64,000 bases of DNA from Eledone cirrhosa (Eukaryota), in contig CAXHJY010001477.1 in assembly GCA_964016885.1 (NCBI GenBank), positions 124,001 to 188,000 on the forward strand. Reading direction: 5' to 3'. This document shows positions 27,330 through 39,177 of this stretch, one piece after another. The notes under the pieces are model-generated. The model made no database searches, was not told the DNA's origin, and was given only the letters and a program-made list of their open reading frames with translations. Numbering within the stretch: the first letter of the stretch is position 1; the number at the start of each line of letters is the position of its first letter. The translations under genes and the position numbers were made by a program.

Positions 27330-30066
27330 TTGACAGTTAACCAATTTAAATCTCAACGTTATTTATCAGCAATTCCTTGTGTTGATTTGAACCAATCACA
27401 GCAGGAAGTATTTTTCTGCGATATACGTATGACCATGTCAACACTGCTACTTGGAGTCATTTACCGTCCCCCAAATTACCATCAGGACACTCAACTTTGT
27501 GATATCCTCAGAGCTGCTGCCAGGAAAACAGCCACTTATGTTTTTATTGCAGGGTACTTCAATCACCCTGAGATTGACTGGGAAACCTTTCGTTGGCCGC
27601 CAAGTGCAAATGACTTCCTTGAGCTAGTGCTGGACTTGAGTTGGTCCCAGGTGGTCACCTCCCCAACGAGAGGTGACAACACTTTGGACCTACTCTTCAC
27701 CACTACTCCTGAAACGGTCATTAGTGTTACTGCTAAGGAACCTTTAGGTGACTCTGATCATGCTATGACCATTGCCAATCTATCCCTCATGGGCAGTAAC
27801 AAGAACCACAACCATACCCAAACTGCTCACTTTGACTGGAATAAAGCAGACTGGAACTGTTACTGCACCAAGCTGCAACGTCCAAACTGGCTTAAGTTCT
27901 ACGACTCTGGAGATGTCAACACTGTACTCCAGAACATCCTGAGTTCAATATGGACAGCATGTGCAGCATCGGTACCACGTAAGCAGAAAAAACATCCCAA
28001 AAGTGCAATTTGGGAGACTGCAGCTGTCCGTCTTGCTAGAAAAGAACGTCGCAATGCTGAACGTGAGTACAAACTGCACAAATCAGACATGAATAGGAAG
28101 AAGCGAAATAAATCGTCCAACCACCTCAAACAGGTGACAAAAAAGGCAGTGCTTCAATTTGAGTAGGGTGTTCTGGAAGTATGTTCACTCAAAGCAGAGG
28201 CCTCACTCTCCAGTTGGTCCTCTTCACAATCCCCACACAAGCCAGGTTACTGACAACCCCAAGGAATGCGCAGAGCTCATTGCTGAATGTTATGCAGGCA
28301 TTTTCACTATTGAAGACCAGAGTGTACCGTCTCCACCACCTATGGCACAGGACTCTATTACAAGCATCGAATATACACCTGCAATGCTGCGACGTCACCT
28401 AAAAAATAAACACAACCATGCCTCTCCTGGTCTTGATGGTGTTACGTACCTGCTTCTAAAATGTGGTGGGTACTACTTCTGCACCAGCTATCACGCTTCT
28501 TCCAACAACAGTGCTACTCCAGAACAGTGGAAAACTGCCAGTGTCATTCCTCTGTTCAAAAAGGGTGACCGCACATCACCTGTGAACTATTGTCCAGTCA
28601 GTCTTACTAGTTGCATTGCCAAACTGATGGAATCCTGTGTCAGAGAAACACTTTGGAACTTCTGGAGCACTCAGTCTTATCCGGCCCTCGCCATTTGGAT
28701 TTATCCCTAACTCCAGCTGCTGTGATCAGATTATCGAGTTCCTTGAAGACATCACCCGGATCACTGATTGCGGATCATGGGTGGATGTTGTTTACCTTGA
28801 CTTTGCGAAAGCTTTCAATTCTGTGCCACACAAAAGGCTTATGGCAAAACTCTCTGCAATGGGTGTGAAGGATGATCTTTTTAACTGGTTGAAGTCCTTC
28901 ATTCTCAGTCGAAGAGAGGTAGTCACGGTTCTGGGACAGCATTCCTCACCATATGAGATGTCCTCTGGTGTACCACAGGGATCTATCCTTGGCCCCTTTT
29001 TGTTTGTGGCATATATTAATGACATAGATGCCAACTTAAGGAATGCCACAGTACTAAAGTACGCAGATGACATCAAGCTGTACCTTGAGATAAAAAGGAC
29101 AGATCCTGAACACTATAGATCTTGATTGCAGTCTGACCTGAACACAATGCAACAATGGATCTCAGACTGGCAACTCAAGCTAGCTGCATTTTGGGATTAA
29201 AAACCCAGCGTCCACATACTCCCTCCACAGCACTAATATCAAGAAGTCTTCTTGTGAACGTGACCTGGGCATTATGGTCAGCAGCGATTTGCGTTGGACA
29301 AAGCACGTCTCTAAAATTGTCAAGAGGGCTGAGGATGTCTTAGCATCACTCAGCAAGACCTTTGTCAGCTGCTCTCCAGATATCTATTTAAAGCTGTATA
29401 CAGCTATGCCGCGACCACACTTAGAATTTGCATCACCAGTCTGGAACCCCTATCTTGCTCAGAACATTGACCGCCTGGAAACTGTTCAGTGATGTGCAAC
29501 CAAGCGAATACCCTCCATCAGGCATCTACCATACTCTGAACGCCTTGCTTCCCTGGGCATGGATACATTGAAGCTCCGACGCCTGGCAACTGACTTGGTA
29601 CACACCGACAAAATTGTTAACCATCTTGCCAACAACAACCCTGAGTACCTTTTTGATTTCCATGTGTCTAACACACGTGGGTATGCTCACAAGGTCAGAA
29701 AACAGCACAGTTCCCATGACTTTCGGAAATATTTTTTCACGCTTAGAGTTGCTGAAGCATGGAACAAACTACCTGCATCAGTTGTTAGGTGTCGAGACAC
29801 TGCATCCTTTAAAACCTCCATGGAACAAACTGCCTGCATCAGTTGTTAGCTGTCGAGACACTGCATCCTTTAAAGCCTCCATGCTTCCTGAGATCCACCA
29901 ACACTACACCTAATGTTCCCCCTCCATACACATACACACATGTATATCATGACTCATACACTATTCACTTCCCTAACATTTGTATATTATTCTATGTACT
30001 ATACATACACCTTTGATGAGTTGTAGTGCACCTGAGCACTTTACACAATAATTTCATTATTATTAT
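27330..30066 (+). mobile_element. CR1/L2-group LINE ORF2 (endonuclease + RT), disrupted, with (ATT)n tail
   Basis: EN motifs LLLGVIYRPP, FNHPEIDW, PTRGDNTLDL, LGDSDH; RT motifs LDFAKAF, GVPQGS, YADD; same family as 18126-20157; frameshifts, stops and a 61-bp tandem duplication at 29760-29881. Confidence 0.93.
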
Positions 30067-30214
30067 CATTCTTTATATTAACTTAATCTTCTCAGCTCTT
30101 TGTAAGAGGCTGAGAGATCAGCTACATGTACATAATGTTTCTTTGTTTACATATGATGTCTGTTGACATCTAAAAGCTGTGATTCAGCTGTCTAATTTAA
30201 CCTTTTAGCATTGA

Positions 30215-30812
30215 CATTACTCTATATATACTATTGTATTTTCATGGTAAAGGCTTTACCTCACATAATACCTCACATAATATTTACATTACTCTATATT
30301 TACTATTGTATTTTCATGGTAAAGGCTTTACCTCACATAACATTTACATTACTCTATATATACTATTGTATTTTCATGGTAAAGGCTTTACCTCACATAA
30401 CATTTACATTACTCTATATATACTATTGTATTTTCACAGTAAAGGCTTTACCTCACATAATATCTCACATAACATTTACATTACTCTATATATACTATTG
30501 TATTTTCACAGTAAAGGCTTTACCTCACATAATACCTCACATAACATTTACATTACTCTATATATACCTATTGTATTTTCACAGTAAAGGCTTTACCTCA
30601 CATAATACCTCACATAACATTTACATTACTCTATATATACTATTGTATTTTCACAGTAAAAGCTTTACCTCACATAACATTTACATTACTCTATATATAC
30701 TATTGTATTTTCATGGTAAAGGCTTTACCTCACATAATACCTTACATAACATTTACATTACTCTATATATACTATTGTATTTTCACAGTAAAGGCTTTAC
30801 CTCACATAACAT
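30215..30812. repeat. 60/72-bp minisatellite, left arm
   Basis: Unit TTACTCTATATATACTATTGTATTTTCAYRGTAAAGGCTTTACCTCACATAA(TACCTCACATAA)CATTTACA; unit starts at 30217, 30289, 30349. Confidence 0.95.
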
Positions 30813-33800
30813 CTCGTATACGAGAGACGTGTGTTGACGTGTGTGAACAAGCTCGGCTACCGAGTTGGATTTACTTACTCAAAAGTGAGTTTTGATTTAT
30901 TGTTTTTGTACTGTAATATACGTTAACCCCTTGCCTGGGTCGTCAGACTTTGAGTTTATTTATTTTCGCCACTTTTGGGGGCGAATTTTACATTTAAAAA
31001 TTTATTACGGCAAACTGATAGAAATAGACGGAATTTTCACATCTCATCCTAACGAGAAAACCACGCCCCCTAAGAAAGGTGATACAGAGAAGCTAGAAGC
31101 ACAAGGCTCTAAGTCTTCCCTCCTCACTTCTGCAACAGAAACATGGAACACGGAATTAAAAGAAAAATTTGTAACAATGGGTGAAAACCCAGAAAGTCAC
31201 ATAAACCCAGACAAAAACAACAATGACAATAACAGCACGACCAACAACAGCAATAGTCACAACACCAACCAAGAAAAAAAGGAAAAAATAACGATAATAC
31301 CAAACAAAGCGAACCCACTACAGGGGTGCTTCCTTTGCACAGGCAGTCCGAAAAACACAGACCTGCAAGCAACTGGACATTACAACTCTGAGAGAAAAGA
31401 TGAAGGAAGCAAAACAGTATGTAACTTTCAAAGAAGGAGGAGACTTCACAATCACCTCCCCACAAGAAATCAAAAGAGACACCGATATCTTTCAGAACAA
31501 TTTCCAACATAACAATGAAACCAGCTCAATTATCCCCAAAAGAAATTGAGCTGGTCCTAAAAAATGTGTGGAGTGATATATCGTTCATACAAAAAGGGCC
31601 ACTCTATGGGAATATAACGGTGCTAATGAAGAATCAATTGACGGCCAGGAAATACTCTGTGGCGCCAATTGTTTCCAAGCTACACACATTTTTCCCCACA
31701 TATTTGGGGAAAAGAACGCAAAAAATAAGAGTCTCCGGAATCCGGCCAAATGCATGCATTTCCTGGGTACTAACAGGATTTTTAGAAGATGAGGACGGGA
31801 TCCTCTCAGTAGAAGTCACCACAGACGTTTTCCGCGATTTGAGCGTGGAGGTTCTGGTCCAAATGAGACCAGAACGAATAGTTAGAATACCGCAGAGGGT
31901 GTCCCCTCGATGGAGAAATATTTATATATATTTCAGCCGAAGGTAGGAGGCCCATATGTTACTACTGTTCAAGCAGGGGTCATCTAAGGGCTGCCTGTCC
32001 TCAATTGACAAAAAGAGGCTCTTTTGCCTACAGCCCACACACCACCACCGCCACCACCACCACCACCACTACCACCACCACAACAACAACAAAAACAACA
32101 ACAACTACAACAAAAACAACACGGAAAAATAACACAAGACACGGCCCACCCAAAACAACTCCAAAAACACACACAAACTCAACAAAATCCCAAAATACAC
32201 CACTGGATGTAATGGCTATTTGCGAGTCCAGGATCAGCAGCGAGCGCCAACTGGCACCCCTCTTCGATGACTTTGAGGTCTTCACAACTCTTTGTCAACC
32301 GGGGGGTGGGGGTGGAGTTGTCGTTCTGCTGCGAAAACACCTGGGCCTCGCCATACAGAAGGTGCACCTGGACCCGGAGGGTCGACTGGTGGTTTTAGAC
32401 ATCGGCAGTAGTGAAAGTGGAGCCCTTAGACTAATTGCTGTGTACGCCCCTTTTTGGGCAGCGCGGCCGGAATACTTCCAACGTCTGGAAACTTTTCTGG
32501 GAACGTCCCGCTCCTTGCTTTTAGTGGGGGACTGGAATGGTATCCTGGATGCACGTTGGGACTATGTAGGGGCATGTGCCAATAGAGGGGGGTGTAAAAG
32601 CCTCAAAAGGTTAATCGGCCGATTTGACCTGGCCGATAGATATCGACTAGATTTTCCGACTGTACCACTATGGACGTGGACCAATCGCAGCCAACATCTA
32701 GGTCGTACCTAGATAGGGTCCTAGTTAGAGAGAAGGATAGGGACACATTTAGCTGTCCAAAAATGTTCATGGTTGACTATTCGGATCACAAGTTAGTGAC
32801 CTGCATAGCCCACCTTGATAGAACCCATAGACAGGGACCCGGTTACTGGAAGCTGAACTTGTCCTTACCGACAAGCAATGCTTACAGTAAACGGATTAGC
32901 ACATTAGTTAAGCAGAGTTTGACAGGGGCAATTGTCAACAACAGGTGGTGGGGCTCTCTTAAGAGAGCAATTAGAATAGAATCAATAGGTTTTAGTCAGG
33001 AATTAGCAAGGGATAGGAACAAGACGGAAAGGAAATTAGTAGATAGAGTAGAAGAGGCGATTAGGAGTGGCAATGTAGCCGGCGTGCTGGCATCAAGAAT
33101 GGCCTTAGACCAGTTCTTTGAGGTGAAGCATGAAGGCTGCGTTGTCAGGAGTAAAATACGTGCTCTGGGTAATGAGGGAGCCAAAGCTGTGAGCTGGGCC
33201 CGAGTGACAGGCAAAAAGTGGGAACAAGTCCACGATTCGGTCTTTGAAGGACCAGGATGGGTGTGTGATCCTTAAACCTAGGCAGATGTGTGCGGCCTTT
33301 CAGCGGCACTTTGCACAACTGTTCGGGAGGAGGAGCGAGCCGGGTCAGACTATGGATTTCAATCCATACCTCGACGGTCTGCCGCGCCTCTCGGACGGGG
33401 AGGCAAAGTCCTGCGAAAGGCCGATTTCAGCTGCTGAGATAGGGGCGGCTCTGAGCCAATGCGGCAAACGCAAATCCCCGGGTCTCAATGGTCAACCATA
33501 CGAGCTATATGTAGCGATGCCGGACTTGTTCTCCGATATCCTCGAAGCGGTCTACTGCAACTGACAGCAGAACGGGAGAATTCCCAGTTCTGTGGCCAAA
33601 GGCGTAGTTACGCTGGTGAGGAAGGATGAGAACAAGGGGATGACATAGGTAACTTCAGGCCCATAACTCTGCTAAATGCAGAGTTAAAGATTTTGGCCAA
33701 GGTGTTAGCGAAGAGGTTGGCGCTTGTCGTCGGAAACCTGGTGGGAGAAGCGCAGACATGCGCAATCCTGTGCAGGTCCATTCACGACAATCCACCTTAT

Positions 33801-35778
33801 GCGATACATCATAGAGAGGGTAGGGAATGAACCCGGCTTTGGTGGGGCCCTGATCAACTTGGATCAATCTAAAGCTTTCGATAGGGTTGACCATCGTTAC
33901 CTGGATGCGGTGCTCGCGGCGGCAGGCTTCGGACCCGTTTTCAGGGGTTGGATTGCTGCGATGCACAGCAGCAACGTCTGCTCAAGGGTCAAGGTGAACG
34001 GCCACCTCTCGGAGCCGTTCCAAATCATGCGATCCATCCGACAGGGATGCCCTCTCTCCTCCCTACTGTATGTGCTGGCTCTTGAGCCACTACTGCGGAA
34101 GTTGGAGCGGTTGCAGGGCATCCCTTTGGAACCGGGATTGCAGAAAGCGGCGTCGGCCTATGCCGATGACGTGACAATAATGGTGTCGAGAACCTCGCAA
34201 ATTGGCGAGATCGGCACCTTACTGGAGGAATATGAAAGGTTTACAGGAGCCAAGCTGAACCGGGACAAGTCCGTCGGTTTGCAACTCGGAACATGGAGAG
34301 GCAAACCGATGCCCTCCAATGTCGTCGTCGGACGCTGGACGGAGGGCCCGGTGAAGATGCTTGGGGTCTGGTTCGGACCAGACCTCCAGGTGGAGAAAAA
34401 TTGGAACGAGGTAATGGCCAGGGTGTTTGCACTCACCCAGAAGTGGGCCCAGTGCAAACTATCCCTGAAAGGTCGAGCGGAGGTGGCGAATACTCATATA
34501 GCATCCGTCATCTACTACCGCTTGACCATCGTGCCTTGCCCAGTGAAAAGACTCGCCAAAATGGAGTGCGCGCTGTTCCAATTTCTTTGGAACAAGCGGA
34601 CCCCTTTGGTGAGGAGATCCATCTGCTGTCAACACCCTTTGAAAGGAGGGCTGGGGATGCCGTGGCTACAGATGCGTAAACACGCATTAAGGCTACGGCA
34701 CCTCCAGGTATTCCTCACCGGTCAACTGGTGTGGGCCCCGTTTGTGAGGCGAGCCTTTCCCAGACTCGTCTCGCTCACCGAGCTGCAATCCTGGGTCAAG
34801 CAAAGACCGAGAAAAGTAGGCGACTGGCACATTGAATGTGCCCAGGCGCTCACGGCCCTCTGGAAAGCGGACCCGGCAATCAGTGGAGACTCCACCTCGA
34901 CATTCTATAGAGGGTTGGTACGCAGCAGGTGCGACGATGCTCTCGGAGAAGCTCTAGGCATGGAGGAAGATGAACTGGCCAGTCTGTTTGGTAGGACGTT
35001 TGGCCCTGGACCGATGGACAACTTCCAAAAGTCCCTGGCTTGGCAGTGCTACCGAGGAGCTCTACCCGTTCGAGACAAGCTCCACAGGCATGGGAGCCTG
35101 GGTAGGGATCCTTTGAATAAGATCTGTCCGAGATGCGTGCATGACGACGAAACCGTTGCGCACGCATTCGTACACTGCCCAGGCATTGCTGACCTGTGGG
35201 GCTATGTGGAACGACTACTGTTGAGGGTGGAACCAATCCGGTTGACCACCGAGTCCATTGTCACGATCAAACCGCCTCCCCCTTTCAAAAACGAAGGAGA
35301 GGCGGTTTTTCTCTGAGTGATAGCCATGGCTAAAGAAGTTCTATGGTGGACGAGGCTGAAAGGGCTGAGGTCAGACACCTTTCTCTCCGGCCAACAACTG
35401 GTCCCCTTTTTCAAATACCATTTTAAAAGAAGGATCAGAATGGAGAGAGAGGTGCTCTACTCCAGCAAGTTTTATGAAAGGTGGGTGAAAGTAGGGAGAA
35501 TGACCAGAGTGAATGGGTCTTCTCTCTATATCAGCCTGTAGGTGAAAGAAGAGGAAAAAGAGGAGACGAGGGAAGCACCTACTCTTTGTGCTCCTGAGGC
35601 GAAGGGTTGCACATTTTTTCCGGGGTGTGTGCGACCCATGTTAATGCCCCCTCCCTATTGAGGACTTCGTTTGTTGTTGTTATTTCATTGTTATATTTTT
35701 GTACTCGTTAATTATATGTAAACTTCCCCCCTTGTATCTGTCCCTACCTTTTGTGCCCTAGTGGCAAATAAAGAAACC
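30813..35778 (+). mobile_element. Tx1-like (L1 clade) non-LTR retrotransposon, near full-length, pseudogenised
   Basis: ORF1 remnants with a CX2CX4HX4C knuckle (CYYCSSRGHLRAAC, 31957-31998); EN (IAVYAP, VGDWN, SYLDRV, SDH, GPGYWKLN); RT (LDQSKAFDRVDH, IRQGCPLS, YADD at 34159-34170); C-terminal CPRC..ETVAHAFVHCP; AATAAA at 35767; several stops and frameshifts. Confidence 0.92.
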
Positions 35779-36408
35779 ACTCTATATATACTATTGTATT
35801 TTCACAGTAAAGGCTTTACCTCACACAATACCTCACATAACATTTACATTACGCTATATATACTATTGTATTGCCACAGTAAAGGCTTTACCTCACATAA
35901 TATCTCACATAACATTTACATTACTCTATATATACTATTGTATTGTCACAGTAAAGGTTTTACCTCACATAATATCTCACATAACATTTACATTACTCTA
36001 TATATACTATTGTATTTTCACAGTTAAGGCTTTACCTCACATAATATCTCACATAACATTTACATTACTCTATATATACTATTGTATTGTCACAGTAAAG
36101 GTTTTACCTCACATAATATCTCACATAACATTTACATTACTCTATATATACTATTGTATTGTCACAGTAAAGGCTTTACCTCACATCATACCTCACATAA
36201 CAGTTACATTACTCTATATATACTATTGTATTGTCACAGTAAAGGCTTTACCTCACATAATATCTCACATAACATTTACATTACTCTATATATACTATTG
36301 TATTTTCACAGTAAAGGCTTTACCTCATACAATACCTCACATAACATTCACATTACTCTATATATACTATTGTATTTTCACAGTAAAGGCTTTACCTCAC
36401 ATAATATC
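35779..36408. repeat. 72-bp minisatellite, right arm
   Basis: Same unit as 30215-30812, resuming immediately after the Tx1 3' end. Confidence 0.95.
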
Positions 36409-36869
36409 GAATCTGTGAGATGTTTATGTTATTTATTTTGAGAACAATACCTTAACATCAGTATGACTGGCCAGTTACAGTTAGTTTGAACAGTGAGAGG
36501 TGTGAGAATTCCAGCCAGATATGGCTGGTTTAAATGCTAAAAGGTTAAGACAGTAACAGTCGTTATGACTCCTTGGTTTAAAGCCCCTAGCCAGTCTGGC
36601 AGGGGGTTTGATCCCTCATAGCATCCAATGGCAACTCTGTTTTCTGTCTTTTAATGGTCTTCACCTTATTCTATAGCTCCCCCACATGTGAAGACATCAT
36701 AGAAAATATTATAAAAACTATAGGTACAGTTGTGTGCTTAAGGAGTTACAACCAGATAGGTTCAATCCCATGGTAGGCAAATGGCCTATATAAACAACAG
36801 ATTAAACTATTTTTCACAGTAAAAAAATTTATTGCAGCCATTAACTCCACAGTAAGTCAACTTCATAAG

Positions 36870-36881
36870 GTGTGTGTATGT

Positions 36882-36924
<43 letters not shown>

Positions 36925-37012
36925 ATGTGTGTGTGTGTGTGTGTGTGTGTGCATGTGTGTGTGTGTGTGTGTGTGTGTCTGTTTGTGTATGTGTGCCTGT
37001 GTGTGTGTGTGC
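36870..37012. repeat. (GT)n microsatellite, interrupted
   Basis: Direct inspection. Confidence 0.9.
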
Positions 37013-37228
37013 ACAGAGGGGGAATTAACTCGTGTAACTTAGATTTCATCAAAATAGAGATCATTAAAATAAGATCCACATTTGGAAAAAAAGTATTGGT
37101 GTCAAATATGATTGATGAATTTGGTGCTCCAGCATGACTGAAACCAGTAAAGCTGTGTGGTGCTCCAGTATGGCCACAGTCTAATTACTGAAACCAGTAA
37201 AAGAACAAAAAAGAATTATGAAGATTAC

Positions 37229-37401
37229 CCAGGTTTTTCTTCCCAGCTGGTGCAGAATCTTTTCGAAATTTACTGAGTAAGCCACCGGTTCTTGATGGCA
37301 TTTCTTTGTCTTCTTGGACTTTGTTTTTCTGGTTTTCAGATTGTTGTGTTGTCATTGGTTTCCATGGTTCATCAGGAATGGCTCTGTTTCTTGGACCCTC
37401 T
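37229..37401 (-). CDS. PDZD8: PDZD8-like exon (phase 2-1, 173 nt)
   Basis: Acceptor ttcaatgcag, donor gtaatc; peptide (R)EGPRNRAIPDEPWKP...APAGKKNL(G); phases match the exons at 41395 and 26482. Confidence 0.8.
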
Positions 37402-37704
37402 CTGCATTGAACATGATAATGTATAATAATATAAATATACATACATAAATATATACATACATACTGTTGTAATGATTGCACAACAGCCCACGAAGTTGTC
37501 ACAGAAATACGTAAAATTAATAAATATGATTATGTAACTTCTGTCTTGACTTTTATTACATATATATGTATATGTATATCAGCACCTGAAGAAAATTCGC
37601 TATTTTGATGCCTCTGGAGGTAGGGTCAAATTTGGCCCTTGAAACTTTGAGGAATGTCTTTGTTCTGTGTATGAACATAAATGAATAATATAATATACAT
37701 TGAC

Positions 37705-39106
37705 CTTCAGGCTATAACAGTGGAGTTCAAGACTGGCTGCCCATGGGAACTCCTATACGCAGATGATCTAACGCTCATAGCTGAATCAATGACTGAACTA
37801 GAGAAGAAATTCCAAACATGGAAGCATGGCCTAGAATCAAAAGGCCTTAAAGTTAACTTGGCTAAGACTAAAGTTCTAGTATGTAGAAAGGAAAATATGG
37901 CACAGGTGCCCTCAGGGAAATGGCCATGCTCAGTGTGTAGAAAAGGAGTAGGCAGAAACCCCATTTTATGTCCCAAATGCAAAGTATGGGTTCATAAAAG
38001 ATGTAGTGGGATCACAGGTAAGCTAACTAAGAATATAGATTTTATATGTGGCCGGTGCTCTGGTGCAATAAGTAGCAGCAAGTGCCCACAGAATACTAGC
38101 TCATTCCATTGCACAGATGGTTCTATAGAAATAGTAGACAGCTTCCGTTACCTGGGTGACAAAATCAGCAGTGGGGGAGGGTGCTCTGAAAGTACAGTAG
38201 CTAGAGTCAGAACAGGATGGAAAAAGTTCAGAGGGCTTATACCACTATTGGCCGCTAAAGGGTTCTCTCTAAAAATGAAAGGCAGGCTGTATGATGCCTG
38301 CATACGAACAGCAATGTTACATGGCAGTGAGACCTGGGCATTGTGTGCAGAGGATATACGCAGACTAGAGAGGAACGAAGCTTGCATGCTGCGTTGCATG
38401 TGTAATAGTAATATACGTGAACGGCAAAGCATAAACGAACTAAGGCAGAAATTAGGAATAAGAGGGATCAGATGTTGTTTACTCGAGAGAAGGCTACGTT
38501 GGTATGGTCACGTGATGCGCATGAAAGACGACAGCTGTATAAAAAAGTGCAGGGCGATCAATATAGATGGAAGTTACGGAGCAGGTAGACCCAGAAAAAC
38601 TTGGGGCGATTTGATAAATTCTGACCTTACACACTTACACCTCTCCAAGACAATGTCACTGGACCGAGGTCTTTGGCACTACGCAGTAATACAGAAGACC
38701 TGCCTTGCCTATGTACAATGCGAAACCTACAGTCAGTAGGCACCTCTTAACCAAATATACACCCCAATCCACTACCCCTACTCCAACCTCCCACTCCCAT
38801 CAACACCCCCCTCTCTCTGTAAAGCTGGTACTACAACATCCAGTCCAAACTAAGGAGGTCGTGTATGTGTCACGACAAAAAAACATAGTCCACTCTGTAA
38901 TGTGGCCGTGTAGGTAACACGGTAAAAACCTCCCAGTCCACACTGTAAATGTGGTTGGTGTTAAGAAGGGCATCCAGCCGTAGAAAACCTGCCAGACAGT
39001 CCTATACAAGTGAGAGACGGTCTCCTGACCAATCTTGCCTTATGTGGGTCAATTTCCGTCTAAATCCATGCTAGCGTGGAAGATAGACGATAAACGATGA
39101 TGATGA
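37705..39106 (+). mobile_element. RTE LINE, 5'-truncated, with an uninterrupted ~330-codon 3' ORF and (GAT)n tail
   Basis: ORF 37681-38739 with ELLYADD, a PHD-like Cys cluster, HGSETW, RLRWYGHVMR, GRPRKTW; tail AAACGATGATGATGAT ending at ~39107. Confidence 0.93.
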
Positions 39107-39177
39107 TATTTAAAGTTTTCACTTCAACATTGCTGTATAAGTATGTGAATTTTGTATATCTAATGATGCTCTCACAG

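Larger units (their letters stand above)
30197..36548. mobile_element. piggyBac-type non-autonomous element (TTAA TSD, TIR CCTTTTAGCATT), expanded by an internal minisatellite and a nested Tx1
   Basis: TTAA(30197-30200)+CCTTTTAGCATT on the left; AATGCTAAAAGG+TTAA(36545-36548) on the right; subterminal hairpin CCAGCCA-gata-TGGCTGG at 36511-36528. Confidence 0.8.

Noticed and set aside
30211-30837. Hydrophobic repeat ORF resembling a membrane protein
   Set aside because: It arises from a 60/72-bp minisatellite (multiples of 3) inside a MITE and is interrupted by Tx1.
37608-37655. Hairpin AGGGTCAAA/TTTGGCCCT followed by GAAAC (hammerhead-like)
   Set aside because: The upstream core is CTGGAGG and there is no GUH cleavage triplet or convincing stem III; too degenerate to call.
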